Shown here one piece after another: positions 9,868-19,848 of a stretch of DNA of 55,759 nucleotides (the stretch's first letter is position 1; each line of letters opens with the position of its first letter). The stretch comes from Candidatus Bathyarchaeia archaeon (GTDB lineage: Archaea; Thermoproteota; Bathyarchaeia; Bathyarchaeales; Bathycorpusculaceae): NCBI GenBank assembly GCA_050015395.1, contig JBEKBM010000020.1:1-55759 (forward strand), in the 5' to 3' direction. The position numbers and the translations under genes were made by a program. The notes below the pieces were generated by a model that was given only the letters and a program-made list of their open reading frames with translations, ran no database searches and was not told the DNA's origin.

Positions 9868-11517
9868 TTATTTTGTTTCTTTAGGGAAAGTTATTTTGAA
9901 TTGTGTTCCTGCGCCGACTTTGCTTTCAAAAGTTATTGTGCCGCCCTGTGCCTCAACTAAGCGTTTAACAACGGCTAATCCGAAGCCTTGCCCTTTAGAT
10001 TTGGTGGTCATGAGTGGCTGGAAGATTTTAGGTTTTATTTCGTCTGGAATTCCAACGCCAGTATCCGCAGTGATTATGGAAACATTATTACCTTCCTCAA
10101 AAGTTCTTATTTTTAGTTTGCCGCCGTTTGGCATGGCTTGAATAGCGTTTGTTGCAAGGTTTACAAGGATGCGTTTTAGGAAAGTTAAGTCTAAATTCAG
10201 TTTTGATAATTTCTTATCGCATTCTGCAAAGGCGTGAATATTGTTTGGTACATTCACTGTTGAAAGCAGTTGTGGAATGGCATGGCGAAGGTCAACTTCA
10301 ACCAGTTCAGGTTTGAGGGGTCTTGCGTAATCTTGCAAGTCAGAAATAATCTTGTTTATGTAATCTATTTGCTCTTGTATAGTACCTAAACTTTCTTGCG
10401 TATTTCTTTTGTATTGGCTATCGGGTGAACTATCGACATCTTGTTTTATCAAAAACAGTTCTCCGACAATAGCTTGCAGTGGGTTACGAATATCATGGCC
10501 AATCATGCCTGCGGTTTGCCCAATAGTGGCTAAGCGTTCAGCATCTTTCAGTTGTTTTGTTCTTTCATCAACAAGCTTTTCTAAATTCTGGGTATGCTCT
10601 TCAAGTTTTTGCTCTATTTGCTTGCGCTCAGTTATGTCCTGTTCTACCCCGACTATTTTTTTTGGCTTTTTATCATTATCAACTTCTCTGATCATCCGTT
10701 CAGAATGTATAGTGCGAATCGAACCATCTTCTCTAATAATTCGGTAATCGAAACTTGCTTTAGAAGTCACACCTTTAAACAGCATTTGCTCCATTGCTTT
10801 GTTTATTGCTTCCCTGTCTTGCGGATGAATTCGAGCAACATAATCAGTGGTATTTGGGCCATACCGTTGCGGTTTTAAGCCAAATATGCGAAATAGCTCT
10901 TCAGACCAAATTGCCCTATCTTCTTTAACATAATATTCCCAGCTTCCTACATGAGTAATCCTCTGCGCCATTTTTAACCTCTCTTCGCTTTCTTTAAGTG
11001 CCTCTTGAGTTTTGACGCGTTCAGTTACGTCATCAAAAATAGCTACAGCAGCGTTAGCTTTGCCTTCTTTATCGTAGAGCGGTTTTGCACTTACGTTTGC
11101 TATAAAACGTTTTCCATTAATCTGCTCAATAATTTGCGGCGGTGCGTCACGCATTGTTTCTTCTTTAAACAATGCTCTGTATATACACAGTTCTTCGGTT
11201 GGGCAAATCTTACCATCCAGCTTGTATATCTTTACTGCAAGATTCCTTAATTCGAGCCCACACGGGTTTATGCCATTAAGCTCAATAGCCCTTTTATTGG
11301 CGTAGGTTACTTTGCCCTCAGGCTTTTCAATAACCATCACAGCTGAAGGGATATTTTCTAAAATATCTTTTAGCCGTTCTTTATCTAAAACTAAATCGCA
11401 AAATGAAGAGATAGAATTCAGGGTTTTATCTTCTTTAACGTTTACTTTGGGCGTTTCTTTTTTCGGTTTTATGTTGGTAGAGTTTTTTAATAACTCAACC
11501 ATAAATTCCTCCAACAA
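9868..11517 (-). CDS. Cytoplasmic PAS/PAC sensor histidine kinase
   Basis: Two PAS/PAC modules, H-box GHDIRNPL, N-box NLATNAIQAM, DTGVGI and GQGFGL. Confidence 0.93.
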   Translation of the reverse strand: MLEEFMVELLKNSTNIKPKKETPKVNVKEDKTLNSISSFCDLVLDKERLKDILENIPSAVMVIEKPEGKVTYANKRAIELNGINPCGLELRNLAVKIYKLDGKICPTEELCIYRALFKEETMRDAPPQIIEQINGKRFIANVSAKPLYDKEGKANAAVAIFDDVTERVKTQEALKESEERLKMAQRITHVGSWEYYVKEDRAIWSEELFRIFGLKPQRYGPNTTDYVARIHPQDREAINKAMEQMLFKGVTSKASFDYRIIREDGSIRTIHSERMIREVDNDKKPKKIVGVEQDITERKQIEQKLEEHTQNLEKLVDERTKQLKDAERLATIGQTAGMIGHDIRNPLQAIVGELFLIKQDVDSSPDSQYKRNTQESLGTIQEQIDYINKIISDLQDYARPLKPELVEVDLRHAIPQLLSTVNVPNNIHAFAECDKKLSKLNLDLTFLKRILVNLATNAIQAMPNGGKLKIRTFEEGNNVSIITADTGVGIPDEIKPKIFQPLMTTKSKGQGFGLAVVKRLVEAQGGTITFESKVGAGTQFKITFPKETK

Positions 11518-11857
11518 AGCCTAAAAAACTTAATTCTCTAAGTATTATTAGGGAAAAAGATAAGTTAAGTCTTTTGTTTTAATTCTGAATCATGGCGGGG
11601 TTCATTTTTTGATGGCTCTTGTACCTAACAACAGCTATTACCCAGCGTATTTTTTAGCGTATAGGCTGTGGGGGGGCGGATCAATTTAGCTAGCGAAAAT
11701 TAGTGGCTAAATGAGGGGAGGGGTAGGCTTTTTGCTAGGTTAGTGGTATAGCTAAAAGAGCGTTATCCCACGGGTAAGCAAGAGGTATGCAAGCCTTTTT
11801 TTATGCTGGTTATGGACGTACAGTTTTGTAATTCAAAAGAAAGTTAATCCTAAACTG

Positions 11858-13459
11858 CTAACTTTTGCTTACGACCCTTTTTAGAGCGGCGATGACGTTT
11901 TGTTTGCCCATGTCAAGCACATATGGACCTAAACGTGGACCCTGCGGTGCGCCCATCAAAATCTTGTATAGCGTTTTGAAGAAGCCGCTGGGCTGTATGC
12001 CGTTGTTTTTTGCAGCGTTAAAGATGGCGTTTTGAATTTTATCTGGTTCTTCTTCAGTTTCCAGTTCTGTGATTAACTCACTGATTGCTTTTTTCTCTTC
12101 GCTTGTTAGAGTGACATCTGTTTCTTTGATTTCTTCAAAGTCTCTGATCCAGCTCAAAGTATAATCAATACGCTGCTTCAAGTTAGCATCTAAGGCTTGA
12201 CTCTTTTGTAGGTAACCGTAGCTTTGCAGTTTCTCAGCCACATAATCGTTTACGCAGTCTTTAGGCGCCATTTTAACCAGAAACGCCATTAAATTATAGG
12301 GCACGTGAACGCTTGGCTTAGCTGGCGGCTTCATGACACAGCAGTACTCAAACAAACCTCTAAGCTTCGTGGCTTCCTTTTCGCTGACTTGTTTTTTGCC
12401 GAAATACACGTCTTCGAGGTAATCAAGCTCATTCATGTACAGTGGAATATCGGACACGTCCAAGGTTCGTGTCCCAACAAACCGTTTAAGCATCAGCAAA
12501 AGCAGCGACGGGGGAGACCCGTAACGAAACCATACTTGCGGTGTGAAAACGTTGCCAGCTGATTTGGATATTTTCTTTCCGCTTTTATCGAGGAACATTT
12601 CGTATTTTGCGTGTGAAGGCGGCTCAAAACATAGGACTTCGCGGCATATTCGGTCGTTGATTTTTACTGAGTCAGCGATGTCTTTTCCGTAAGCTTCAAA
12701 CCGTATATCTAACGCTTTCCAGCGGGCGGCGAATTCACCTTTCCAAGTTAATTTTCCCTCACCTTTGGTTATGTCTGCTTCGCCTTCATAGCCACAGCCC
12801 TCGATGAGTCTGCCGCGAATCTCTAAGCCTTCGCATTTGTAGGAGACCTTGTCGGTTTTTGGGTCGAACTTGTAGGCTTTTGTGGTATAGATGCGCCCGC
12901 AGTTGCTGCAGACTGGGAAGAAAGGCAAGACTTCTGTGTAGCGTTCTTGACCGACTTCTTCTTTAACTATTTCGCCTACTTTCTTGGCGTTTAACAGTAT
13001 GGTTCTAATCTCGTTTAACAGTAAACCTTTCTCGTAAACTTCCTTAGCTGAAAAGTAGCGGTATTCTATCCCGCACTTATCCAGAGACTCAAGCAGAAGC
13101 GAGCTCATGTGTTTACCGTAGCTTTCATGGCAACCAAACGGGTCAGAAATACTGGACACTGGGTGACCAAGATACTTCTCCAAATCCTTTGATAACCCAA
13201 CCGGAACTTTCCGTAAGCCATCCTTGTCGTCGCAGTAAGCAACCAACTCAGAATTAAAACCAAAATCCTTCAAAGCAAGCGTAACGGCATACGAGCGCGC
13301 AGCATCACCTAAGCTGCCGATGTGCGGAAAACCAGAGGCGCCAAGACCCATCTCAGTTCTGATTTTATCCATGCTTCTGCCAAGCTGGCGCTCCCTGTCG
13401 ATTACTTTCTTGGCCATCATGTCGTACCATGTGCCGCGTCCAATCGTCTCTTCACTCAT
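11858..13459 (-). CDS. lysS: Lysyl-tRNA synthetase, class I
   Basis: GASGFPHIGS (HIGH-like), DGLRKVP, Zn-knuckle CSNCG, FEAYGKD, KISKS (KMSKS-like) and QGPRLG. Start taken at MSEET. Confidence 0.95.
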   Translation of the reverse strand: MSEETIGRGTWYDMMAKKVIDRERQLGRSMDKIRTEMGLGASGFPHIGSLGDAARSYAVTLALKDFGFNSELVAYCDDKDGLRKVPVGLSKDLEKYLGHPVSSISDPFGCHESYGKHMSSLLLESLDKCGIEYRYFSAKEVYEKGLLLNEIRTILLNAKKVGEIVKEEVGQERYTEVLPFFPVCSNCGRIYTTKAYKFDPKTDKVSYKCEGLEIRGRLIEGCGYEGEADITKGEGKLTWKGEFAARWKALDIRFEAYGKDIADSVKINDRICREVLCFEPPSHAKYEMFLDKSGKKISKSAGNVFTPQVWFRYGSPPSLLLLMLKRFVGTRTLDVSDIPLYMNELDYLEDVYFGKKQVSEKEATKLRGLFEYCCVMKPPAKPSVHVPYNLMAFLVKMAPKDCVNDYVAEKLQSYGYLQKSQALDANLKQRIDYTLSWIRDFEEIKETDVTLTSEEKKAISELITELETEEEPDKIQNAIFNAAKNNGIQPSGFFKTLYKILMGAPQGPRLGPYVLDMGKQNVIAALKRVVSKS

Positions 13460-13526
13460 AAAGTTGAGCCTTCTGCAAGTGTGACTGTGCATTGGAATAG
13501 AAAAATGTTTAGAGCCGAAAAAAGGC

Positions 13527-13880
13527 TCAAGGTTTCTTTCGTCTTAAGGCTGCAGCAATGGCTATGGCGCCGAGCGCAAGCAACAGTAAAGCTACCGAGT
13601 AAAGATAGTTTGTCCCATACAGTAACCAAGCACCGCCTAAAGCCATCAGAATCACGCCCATTTCCAGTGTACCGAATGGTGTGCGTTCGTATTTCTGCGG
13701 GCTTTGAGCTCTCATGGCTGCCATGATTAAGAGCCATATTCCGAACAGAATGAAGATTGTTGGGAAAATGTTCAGCCAGTTACCGATTAAATTTGCGGCA
13801 TAGACGAGTATGGCGACTACTGCAATTATGAAGAAAACGCCAATAGAGAGCAGTTGCCGTCTACTTTCAGACATTACCAT
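13527..13880 (-). CDS. Small membrane protein (about 4 TM), last gene of the SPFH operon
   Basis: Four hydrophobic segments; 6 bp from the SPFH gene. Confidence 0.75.
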   Translation of the reverse strand: MVMSESRRQLLSIGVFFIIAVVAILVYAANLIGNWLNIFPTIFILFGIWLLIMAAMRAQSPQKYERTPFGTLEMGVILMALGGAWLLYGTNYLYSVALLLLALGAIAIAAALRRKKP

Positions 13881-13886
13881 GCCATC

Positions 13887-14879
13887 CTACGATAGTGTTG
13901 CACCGCATTCGGGGCAGAACTTGGAGCTCCCAGGAATTGAGTGACCGCATTTCGGACAGCTCATTGTGGCAGCTGATGGAGGCGTAAGAGAGGCACCGCA
14001 TTCAGGACAGAACTTTGATGTAGCGGGAACATGCGCACCACATTTAGGACATATCACAAGTGCAGCTGTGGGCGCTTGTGCCTGAACCTGACCTTGCTGA
14101 TTCATAATTTGAGGTATGAGCACCATGCCTGTGCCTAAGCCTGCGCCGCCGCCACCGCCTGATGAACCTAGAGACGCCGCTGCACTCTTCACCGTTTCCA
14201 TGCGCAAGACCGTATCTGCTGGGGTGCTTCCAGTTTTAAGCCAGAATAGCCGTTCTCGGTACTCAGGTGTGGTGTCGATGCCTTCGAAACGTAAGTCTGT
14301 TAGCTCGATGCCTAAGCGTTTGAAGTAGTCTAAGACAGTGTTCTTAACAATAATAGATGTCTCTTGGAGCCTAGTGAAGACCGTGATTAAGTCGTAGTGG
14401 GAAAGTTCTGCGATTATCTTTTCATTTAGGAAACCTCGTAGGAAGTCGTTGACACCGTTTGTGTCGAAAAGATTTTGTCCACCCACAACCTCATTCACGA
14501 ACAGCGTCGCATCTTCGATTTTGAACAGGAATTGCCCAAACACTTTGAGTGGAGCCAGCTCTGTGGTTTGTGCACTTGTACCCCATTTGCCATTGAAAAC
14601 TTTAGTGGCGATGTAGATGACCATCGCTGTAAACGGCTTGTTACTACCGAACCCTGCCAGATGCGTCAGCGCACTTGTAAGCAAAGGCAGATTCAACGTC
14701 GTCAGCGTGTGCCTGCCAGGACCAAAAACATCATAGGCTTTGCCATCCCTGAAGAACACTGCCATCTCATACTCATGCACGATCAGTTGGGCACCCCATG
14801 TAATAGCTTCTGTTTGATATCTCCAAACTATGACGTCTGGACCAGCATGGTCAGTTGTCCATTCTATTACTTGTGGCAT
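13887..14879 (-). CDS. SPFH/Band-7 domain protein with C-terminal double zinc ribbon
   Basis: LIVHEYEMAVFFRDGK..DVFGPGRHTL.T.NLP, Gly-rich GAGLGTG and two CPKCG...KFCPECG units. Confidence 0.88.
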   Translation of the reverse strand: MPQVIEWTTDHAGPDVIVWRYQTEAITWGAQLIVHEYEMAVFFRDGKAYDVFGPGRHTLTTLNLPLLTSALTHLAGFGSNKPFTAMVIYIATKVFNGKWGTSAQTTELAPLKVFGQFLFKIEDATLFVNEVVGGQNLFDTNGVNDFLRGFLNEKIIAELSHYDLITVFTRLQETSIIVKNTVLDYFKRLGIELTDLRFEGIDTTPEYRERLFWLKTGSTPADTVLRMETVKSAAASLGSSGGGGGAGLGTGMVLIPQIMNQQGQVQAQAPTAALVICPKCGAHVPATSKFCPECGASLTPPSAATMSCPKCGHSIPGSSKFCPECGATLS

Positions 14880-14880
14880 T

Positions 14881-15417
14881 TTAACTCGCTCCTAAGATTA
14901 CTTCATTACGTTGATCAAACGTGTTTTCTAAACTTTCAAGCTTGTCAGTTACGCTCTGAACTCTGGTCTTCAGGTTCGTAGTTACGCCGCTGGCTAAATC
15001 TGCTTTAAAAGCGTCAATTTCAGTAGTCAATGCGTTTATGCCGTCTAGAAGCTTATTATCGAAATCTATCATGTGATCAAGATTTTCCTCTCTGACTTTG
15101 ACAGCGTCAAAGAACCCGCTGTACCCGTAAGAGGCATGATTAACTTTCTCAACAACACGGTCCATCTTAGCTAATAGGCGATCCATATCTGTCAGGACGT
15201 CGAAGTAGCGGCGGTCAGCCAACTTCTGCGAAATTTCCCTCAGATCTGTCTTTTCAATAGACAGCTTCAGGTACAGGTGATTCCTGATTAGCCTATCGCT
15301 TTCGCGGCGCAGTTCCTTCTCTTTGTAACCGCGGAAACCTGGAATAAAAGAGGCTATCCGCTCAGGAAGGGACATTTGACCTTGAACCTTTGATAATTCA
15401 TCGTTTTTATCACTCAT
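14881..15417 (-). CDS. Conserved helical hypothetical protein (SPFH operon)
   Basis: IPGFRGYKEKELRRESD and ASYGYSGFFDAVKV motifs; abuts the SPFH gene. Confidence 0.8.
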   Translation of the reverse strand: MSDKNDELSKVQGQMSLPERIASFIPGFRGYKEKELRRESDRLIRNHLYLKLSIEKTDLREISQKLADRRYFDVLTDMDRLLAKMDRVVEKVNHASYGYSGFFDAVKVREENLDHMIDFDNKLLDGINALTTEIDAFKADLASGVTTNLKTRVQSVTDKLESLENTFDQRNEVILGAS

Positions 15418-15855
15418 TTTACATATACGCCTTTTTTATTATTCGTTGATAATAAAAGGTCGCTTTTAAAGTTTGTTAGAACATAAGTAGTTCCGCAAGT
15501 AAGCTTTAGTTGGGCGTGAAACCTGCTGAACGATGATGCGAAGTATTCACCCAAGAGCCCGTCAGCATCAGAGCAGATTCCTTCAATGACTAAGACCGCG
15601 TATTTTGCAAAGCCTCGCACTTGAAGGCCTCAAACGCTTTAGTTACATGTGACTGTACCGACAAAGTGTACTGTCAAAACGTACATACTTTGACCTACCC
15701 GGTAGGTAGCATGAGAGCACACACAGACATACATTAAAGCAGCCCATTTGAAAACCCACAGCAATAGAAAACTTAAATCCAAAGTTTAACTTTTAAACAA
15801 AACCACCAAAACCCTTTTTCCAAAAGCACCTGCGAATCTACTGAACATATCAAGC

Positions 15856-16602
15856 TTAGAATCTGGAAGAGGGAATATCACCCTTTAAGGCTGTTCCACC
15901 AGTTCCTTCGATTATCAACTGGTAAACTTTGCCTTTGTACTCATATTTAATGAACCAGATGGGCGCATGCAAATAGACCTCCTGTTTGGCGGTGACTTCG
16001 GTTTTTATCTCGACTATTTTATCCACGTCTTGCTGGAGAAGAAAGCGATGGTGATCCTCGATTTGTTGCTTGGCAATTTCTAAGGCGGCGTCGCGGTCCA
16101 TTTCACTGTTTAATAGCTTGGCAAAGCCCTCGATTTTGCGGAAGTCAAAGGGGATTTTCCCTTCCAAAGGAACCAAGTATTCACGCGTGGGAAAACCGGA
16201 AGCTTCCCTTGCCAAAACAAGCCACTCATATTCCTTGGATATTGTGCCCTCTTTAACTATGGCTGGAGCTATGCGTTCGAATATGCCCTTGTAAGTGCTT
16301 TTAGCCTCCACTGAAACCACCCAAAATGGCAAATAAACCAAGTCTCGCTCAGCAATCTTTGATTTCCTAGCGAGGTCACCTGGTTTCAAGAAGCCGCCGC
16401 GCATCCAATCCTGAATCGGCCCGTCTATACTTTTCAGGTCAAACCTGTTGAGAATAAGCGAATGCTCAAACGTGAATGCTTGCCCCGTCTCGATGACAGT
16501 GTTGAAGCCGCAGTATTTGCAGGTAGCAATAATTTCTCCTGGTTTAAACTCAACTGGAGCGCCGCAGTGACTGCACTTGATTTCTTGAGCTACATTAGCC
16601 AT
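15856..16602 (-). CDS. Zinc-ribbon-containing hypothetical protein
   Basis: N-terminal CSHCGA...CKYCG, plus YLPFW and YLHAPIW motifs. Confidence 0.8.
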   Translation of the reverse strand: MANVAQEIKCSHCGAPVEFKPGEIIATCKYCGFNTVIETGQAFTFEHSLILNRFDLKSIDGPIQDWMRGGFLKPGDLARKSKIAERDLVYLPFWVVSVEAKSTYKGIFERIAPAIVKEGTISKEYEWLVLAREASGFPTREYLVPLEGKIPFDFRKIEGFAKLLNSEMDRDAALEIAKQQIEDHHRFLLQQDVDKIVEIKTEVTAKQEVYLHAPIWFIKYEYKGKVYQLIIEGTGGTALKGDIPSSRF

Positions 16603-16604
16603 GT

Positions 16605-17987
16605 TTAAGCCCCCAAATGTTCACGTTTCAGAATCTCTCTAGCGACTATTACGCCTGAAGATGAAGCTTGAATTAAACCGCGTGTCACGCCTGCACCGTC
16701 GCCGATGGTGAACATGTTTTGGATTTTTGTTTCCAACGCATTGTTTAGTTGCAAGTGTGAAGAGTAAAACTTGACTTCTATGCCGTAGAGCAGCGTATCT
16801 CTTGAGTGGACTCCTGGCGCTATCACGTCTAAAGCTTGAAGCATCTCACGTATGTCTGCTAAGTAACGGTAGGGCAAAACGAAGCTTAAGTCTCCTGGCG
16901 TAGCATTCTTCAATGTTGGTACAACTACGCTTCTTGCTAGCCGTTCGGGAGTTGAGCGTCGCCCAACGACTAAGTCGCCTAGGCGCTGAACCATTACTCC
17001 TCCGCTTAAGAGGTTTGAAAGTCTGGCAACATATTTGCCGTAAGCAATAGGTTCTTTGAAAGGTTCTGTGAAGGAGGTGCTGACTAGGATGGCGAAGTTT
17101 GTGTTATCAGTTTTTCTTTTAGCATAGCTTCCGCCGTTAACAGTTAAGACACCATCATAGGATTCAGTGGTGACTTCGCCGTAAGGTGACACACAGAAAG
17201 TGCGGACTTGATCATCGAAGAGTCGTGAGTAATAAACTAGTTTTGGCTCGTAAAGCTCTTTGGTCAGGTTTTCCATGACTGAAGCTAAAACTTCAACTCT
17301 AACGCCGATGTCAACTGGGTTGTTTATGGTTTTTAATCCGCGGACCTGGGCTTCTGTTTGGAGCCATTCTGCTCCGCTTCTGCCAGGAGCAATTATGACG
17401 TATTTGCCCATGATTTTTTCGCCGTCTACTGTTTCCACTCCTTGGATGAGGTGGTTTTCAGCGATTAAGCCTTTCACATCTGTTTTTGGTCGGAAAGTGA
17501 TTTTGCCGTTAAGTTCTTTGCGCATTCGATGCAGCGTTTCTAGGCATTTTTCTGTGCCCATGTGACGAACTTCTTGCCTGATAAGCTTCAAACCAGCAAG
17601 CGACGCTTGACGTTCGATTTCATCTACTTTTTCGCTATCTCCCCCGTAAACTTGCTCGCTTGCCCCGAATTTTAGGTAGATGCTATCTACGTATTTTACT
17701 AGGGCATGGAGCTCTTTGGTTGAAACGTACTGGTTTAGCCAACCGCCAACTTCTGTTGACAAAGTTAGTTTTCCGTCACTGTAAGCGCCTGCTCCACCCC
17801 AGCCTGAAAGAACTGAGCATGGTTCACAATGGACACATTCGAACCCTCGGCTGGATGGGCACTTGCGTTTGTCTATATCTGGTCCTCTGTCGAGTATCAG
17901 GACGTTTAAGTTTGTTTTCTCTGTTAGTTCTAGCGCTGAGAAGATGCCTGCTGGTCCTGCACCCACGATTATTACGTCATATTTCAT
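16605..17987 (-). CDS. FAD-dependent oxidoreductase (uncharacterised FAD-dependent dehydrogenase family)
   Basis: DVIIVGAGPAG, Cys cluster, GGAGAYSDGKL, GVRVE, RTFC and IGDGAGVTRGL. Confidence 0.88.
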   Translation of the reverse strand: MKYDVIIVGAGPAGIFSALELTEKTNLNVLILDRGPDIDKRKCPSSRGFECVHCEPCSVLSGWGGAGAYSDGKLTLSTEVGGWLNQYVSTKELHALVKYVDSIYLKFGASEQVYGGDSEKVDEIERQASLAGLKLIRQEVRHMGTEKCLETLHRMRKELNGKITFRPKTDVKGLIAENHLIQGVETVDGEKIMGKYVIIAPGRSGAEWLQTEAQVRGLKTINNPVDIGVRVEVLASVMENLTKELYEPKLVYYSRLFDDQVRTFCVSPYGEVTTESYDGVLTVNGGSYAKRKTDNTNFAILVSTSFTEPFKEPIAYGKYVARLSNLLSGGVMVQRLGDLVVGRRSTPERLARSVVVPTLKNATPGDLSFVLPYRYLADIREMLQALDVIAPGVHSRDTLLYGIEVKFYSSHLQLNNALETKIQNMFTIGDGAGVTRGLIQASSSGVIVAREILKREHLGA

Positions 17988-18149
17988 AGGCACTGCCCCG
18001 TTGGAACCCAGAACTACATGTAACAGGTGGCATATATTTGTTGGTGCATTTAATTATGGAAGCAGATTGCCGATGTTTTTTGGGGAATTGCACAGGTATT
18101 TTCAAGATATATTAAAGAACATTTATAACAACAAAAATTCCAATAGTGC

Positions 18150-18638
18150 ATGAAGAAAAACATGTCCGGTAAGACACAATCCGAAAACATAGATGAATTA
18201 ATCTCCGACTTCTCACGCTTCTACATACTCACCATACTGTACGAGGGACCCTCACATGGTTATAGCATAATCAGCAGATTCAGAAAAAGAGTCAGAAAAG
18301 AAGTGAGCCCAAGCCTAGTTTACCCGTTCCTGCAGCAACTAGAAGAAAAAGGCTTAGTTAAACACACAATAAAACCAGTGGGCGAGAAAGAAAGAAAAAT
18401 CTTCGAGCTGACACAGGCAGGCAGAGAATTATGCACTGATCTTTTCAAGCGCTTTGCCGAGCTAGTAGCAATCGCTATTGAACCAAGCCTATACGTCTGC
18501 GCCAACTGTGGATGCAAAGTCTATGAAGGCGGCTACCGAGAAGTCATCGATGGCAGAGAGACAGCGTTCTGCTGCATACATTGCGCTTACTCATATAAGG
18601 AAGCAAAGAAACTGGCAAAACAGGCTGTAGAAAAATAG
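18150..18638 (+). CDS. PadR-family regulator with C-terminal TRASH-like Cys metal-binding domain
   Basis: IL..L.EGPSHGYSII, VYPFLQQLEEKGLV, ERKIFELT, then CANCG...FCCIHC. Confidence 0.85.
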   Translation: MKKNMSGKTQSENIDELISDFSRFYILTILYEGPSHGYSIISRFRKRVRKEVSPSLVYPFLQQLEEKGLVKHTIKPVGEKERKIFELTQAGRELCTDLFKRFAELVAIAIEPSLYVCANCGCKVYEGGYREVIDGRETAFCCIHCAYSYKEAKKLAKQAVEK

Positions 18639-18727
18639 GTTTTAGCAAGAAACACTTGAAGGACTGCCAACCGCAAGTATTAGCCTAGTCGTCTAAAAGT
18701 TAATTTCAGTTTTTGATTCAGTTGTGT

Positions 18728-19837
18728 TTATTCTAGTCCAAAAGTTGGGAATTCATGAAATCCGTTTCCCAGAAGGCCAGAGTAAATCTCGCTACTATTG
18801 AGGTCTTTTATTGATATGCTCTGTTTCTTAATCCACGGCTCTAGAGAACCCTTGAAAGGTACAGGTTTCCTTGTGATATTGTTCCCTTTCAAACGAATTC
18901 TTCTGTCTCTTTTGCTGAGTTCAACCTTAAACTCTTCGTCTGGCACATTTTCTAAAGCTTCGATCTTATTCTTAATTTTGCTCAAATCTGGTCTAGCTTT
19001 TAAAACAATACATCTTTTTTCAGTTACGTACCATCCTATTTCTGGAATGAGTTTTGTTAAATATCTAAAGCAGTTTATTAGTTCTTTTTCCGTCATGATT
19101 GCGTCGCCAAATTTATTCTTGAAGTCAGCGACCGATACTACCCTCTCTTCTTCTGCAAGGCTTTTGCTGACCATGAATGAAAACACACGTCTACCAATTC
19201 TAGCCACCCTTTGAGAATAAGTAAGTGACGAATCGATTAATAGTTCAAGTTGTGGTAGAGGCGTTTCTATTCCTTTCTTTGCCTGAAAATACATGTTTAA
19301 CTCGATATCTTGATGATTGCCATAGATTTTACGAAGTATCGCTTCATCAGTCTTTTTCAGTTCTACTTCCCAAACAACTATGTTACATCGCATGTTTGTT
19401 TCGGCTTTCTTTTTTTCAACGAAGTCGGTTATACGCTCAGCAAGCTTTTCTTGGTTATTGTATGTGACAATCCAAATCTCTGATTTTTCGAGTTTAAGTA
19501 CAAAAGACTTAGCAAACTCATGAAACGCCTCAGAGGCGTAAAAATCAATTTGTTTTGATAATCTTTCAGTGGTTTCTAAACTCAACTCAGTTTTGCACTC
19601 AATGGCAATAACCATCTTGAGTCTATCATTCGCCAGTATGAGATCAGGAATGCGTGCTCCTTTTTTTTGGAGTATACTTTCAATAGTTTCGTTTAAAATT
19701 GGGATCTTGATTTCATAACCAAATCGTTCTTTTAACTCCCCAGTTGCTTTTAAGGCGGAAAAGGGTGAGGGATTCATTGTCAAAACAGATGAAGCAATTA
19801 TGTTGATAAGCACTTCATGAGGTGTTAGATGTCCCAA
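18728..19837 (-). CDS. Hypothetical protein with PD-(D/E)XK nuclease-like motif
   Basis: 369-aa ORF with IPDLILAN...VIAIECK. Confidence 0.6.
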   Translation of the reverse strand: MGHLTPHEVLINIIASSVLTMNPSPFSALKATGELKERFGYEIKIPILNETIESILQKKGARIPDLILANDRLKMVIAIECKTELSLETTERLSKQIDFYASEAFHEFAKSFVLKLEKSEIWIVTYNNQEKLAERITDFVEKKKAETNMRCNIVVWEVELKKTDEAILRKIYGNHQDIELNMYFQAKKGIETPLPQLELLIDSSLTYSQRVARIGRRVFSFMVSKSLAEEERVVSVADFKNKFGDAIMTEKELINCFRYLTKLIPEIGWYVTEKRCIVLKARPDLSKIKNKIEALENVPDEEFKVELSKRDRRIRLKGNNITRKPVPFKGSLEPWIKKQSISIKDLNSSEIYSGLLGNGFHEFPTFGLE

Positions 19838-19848
19838 AACATTTTCCC

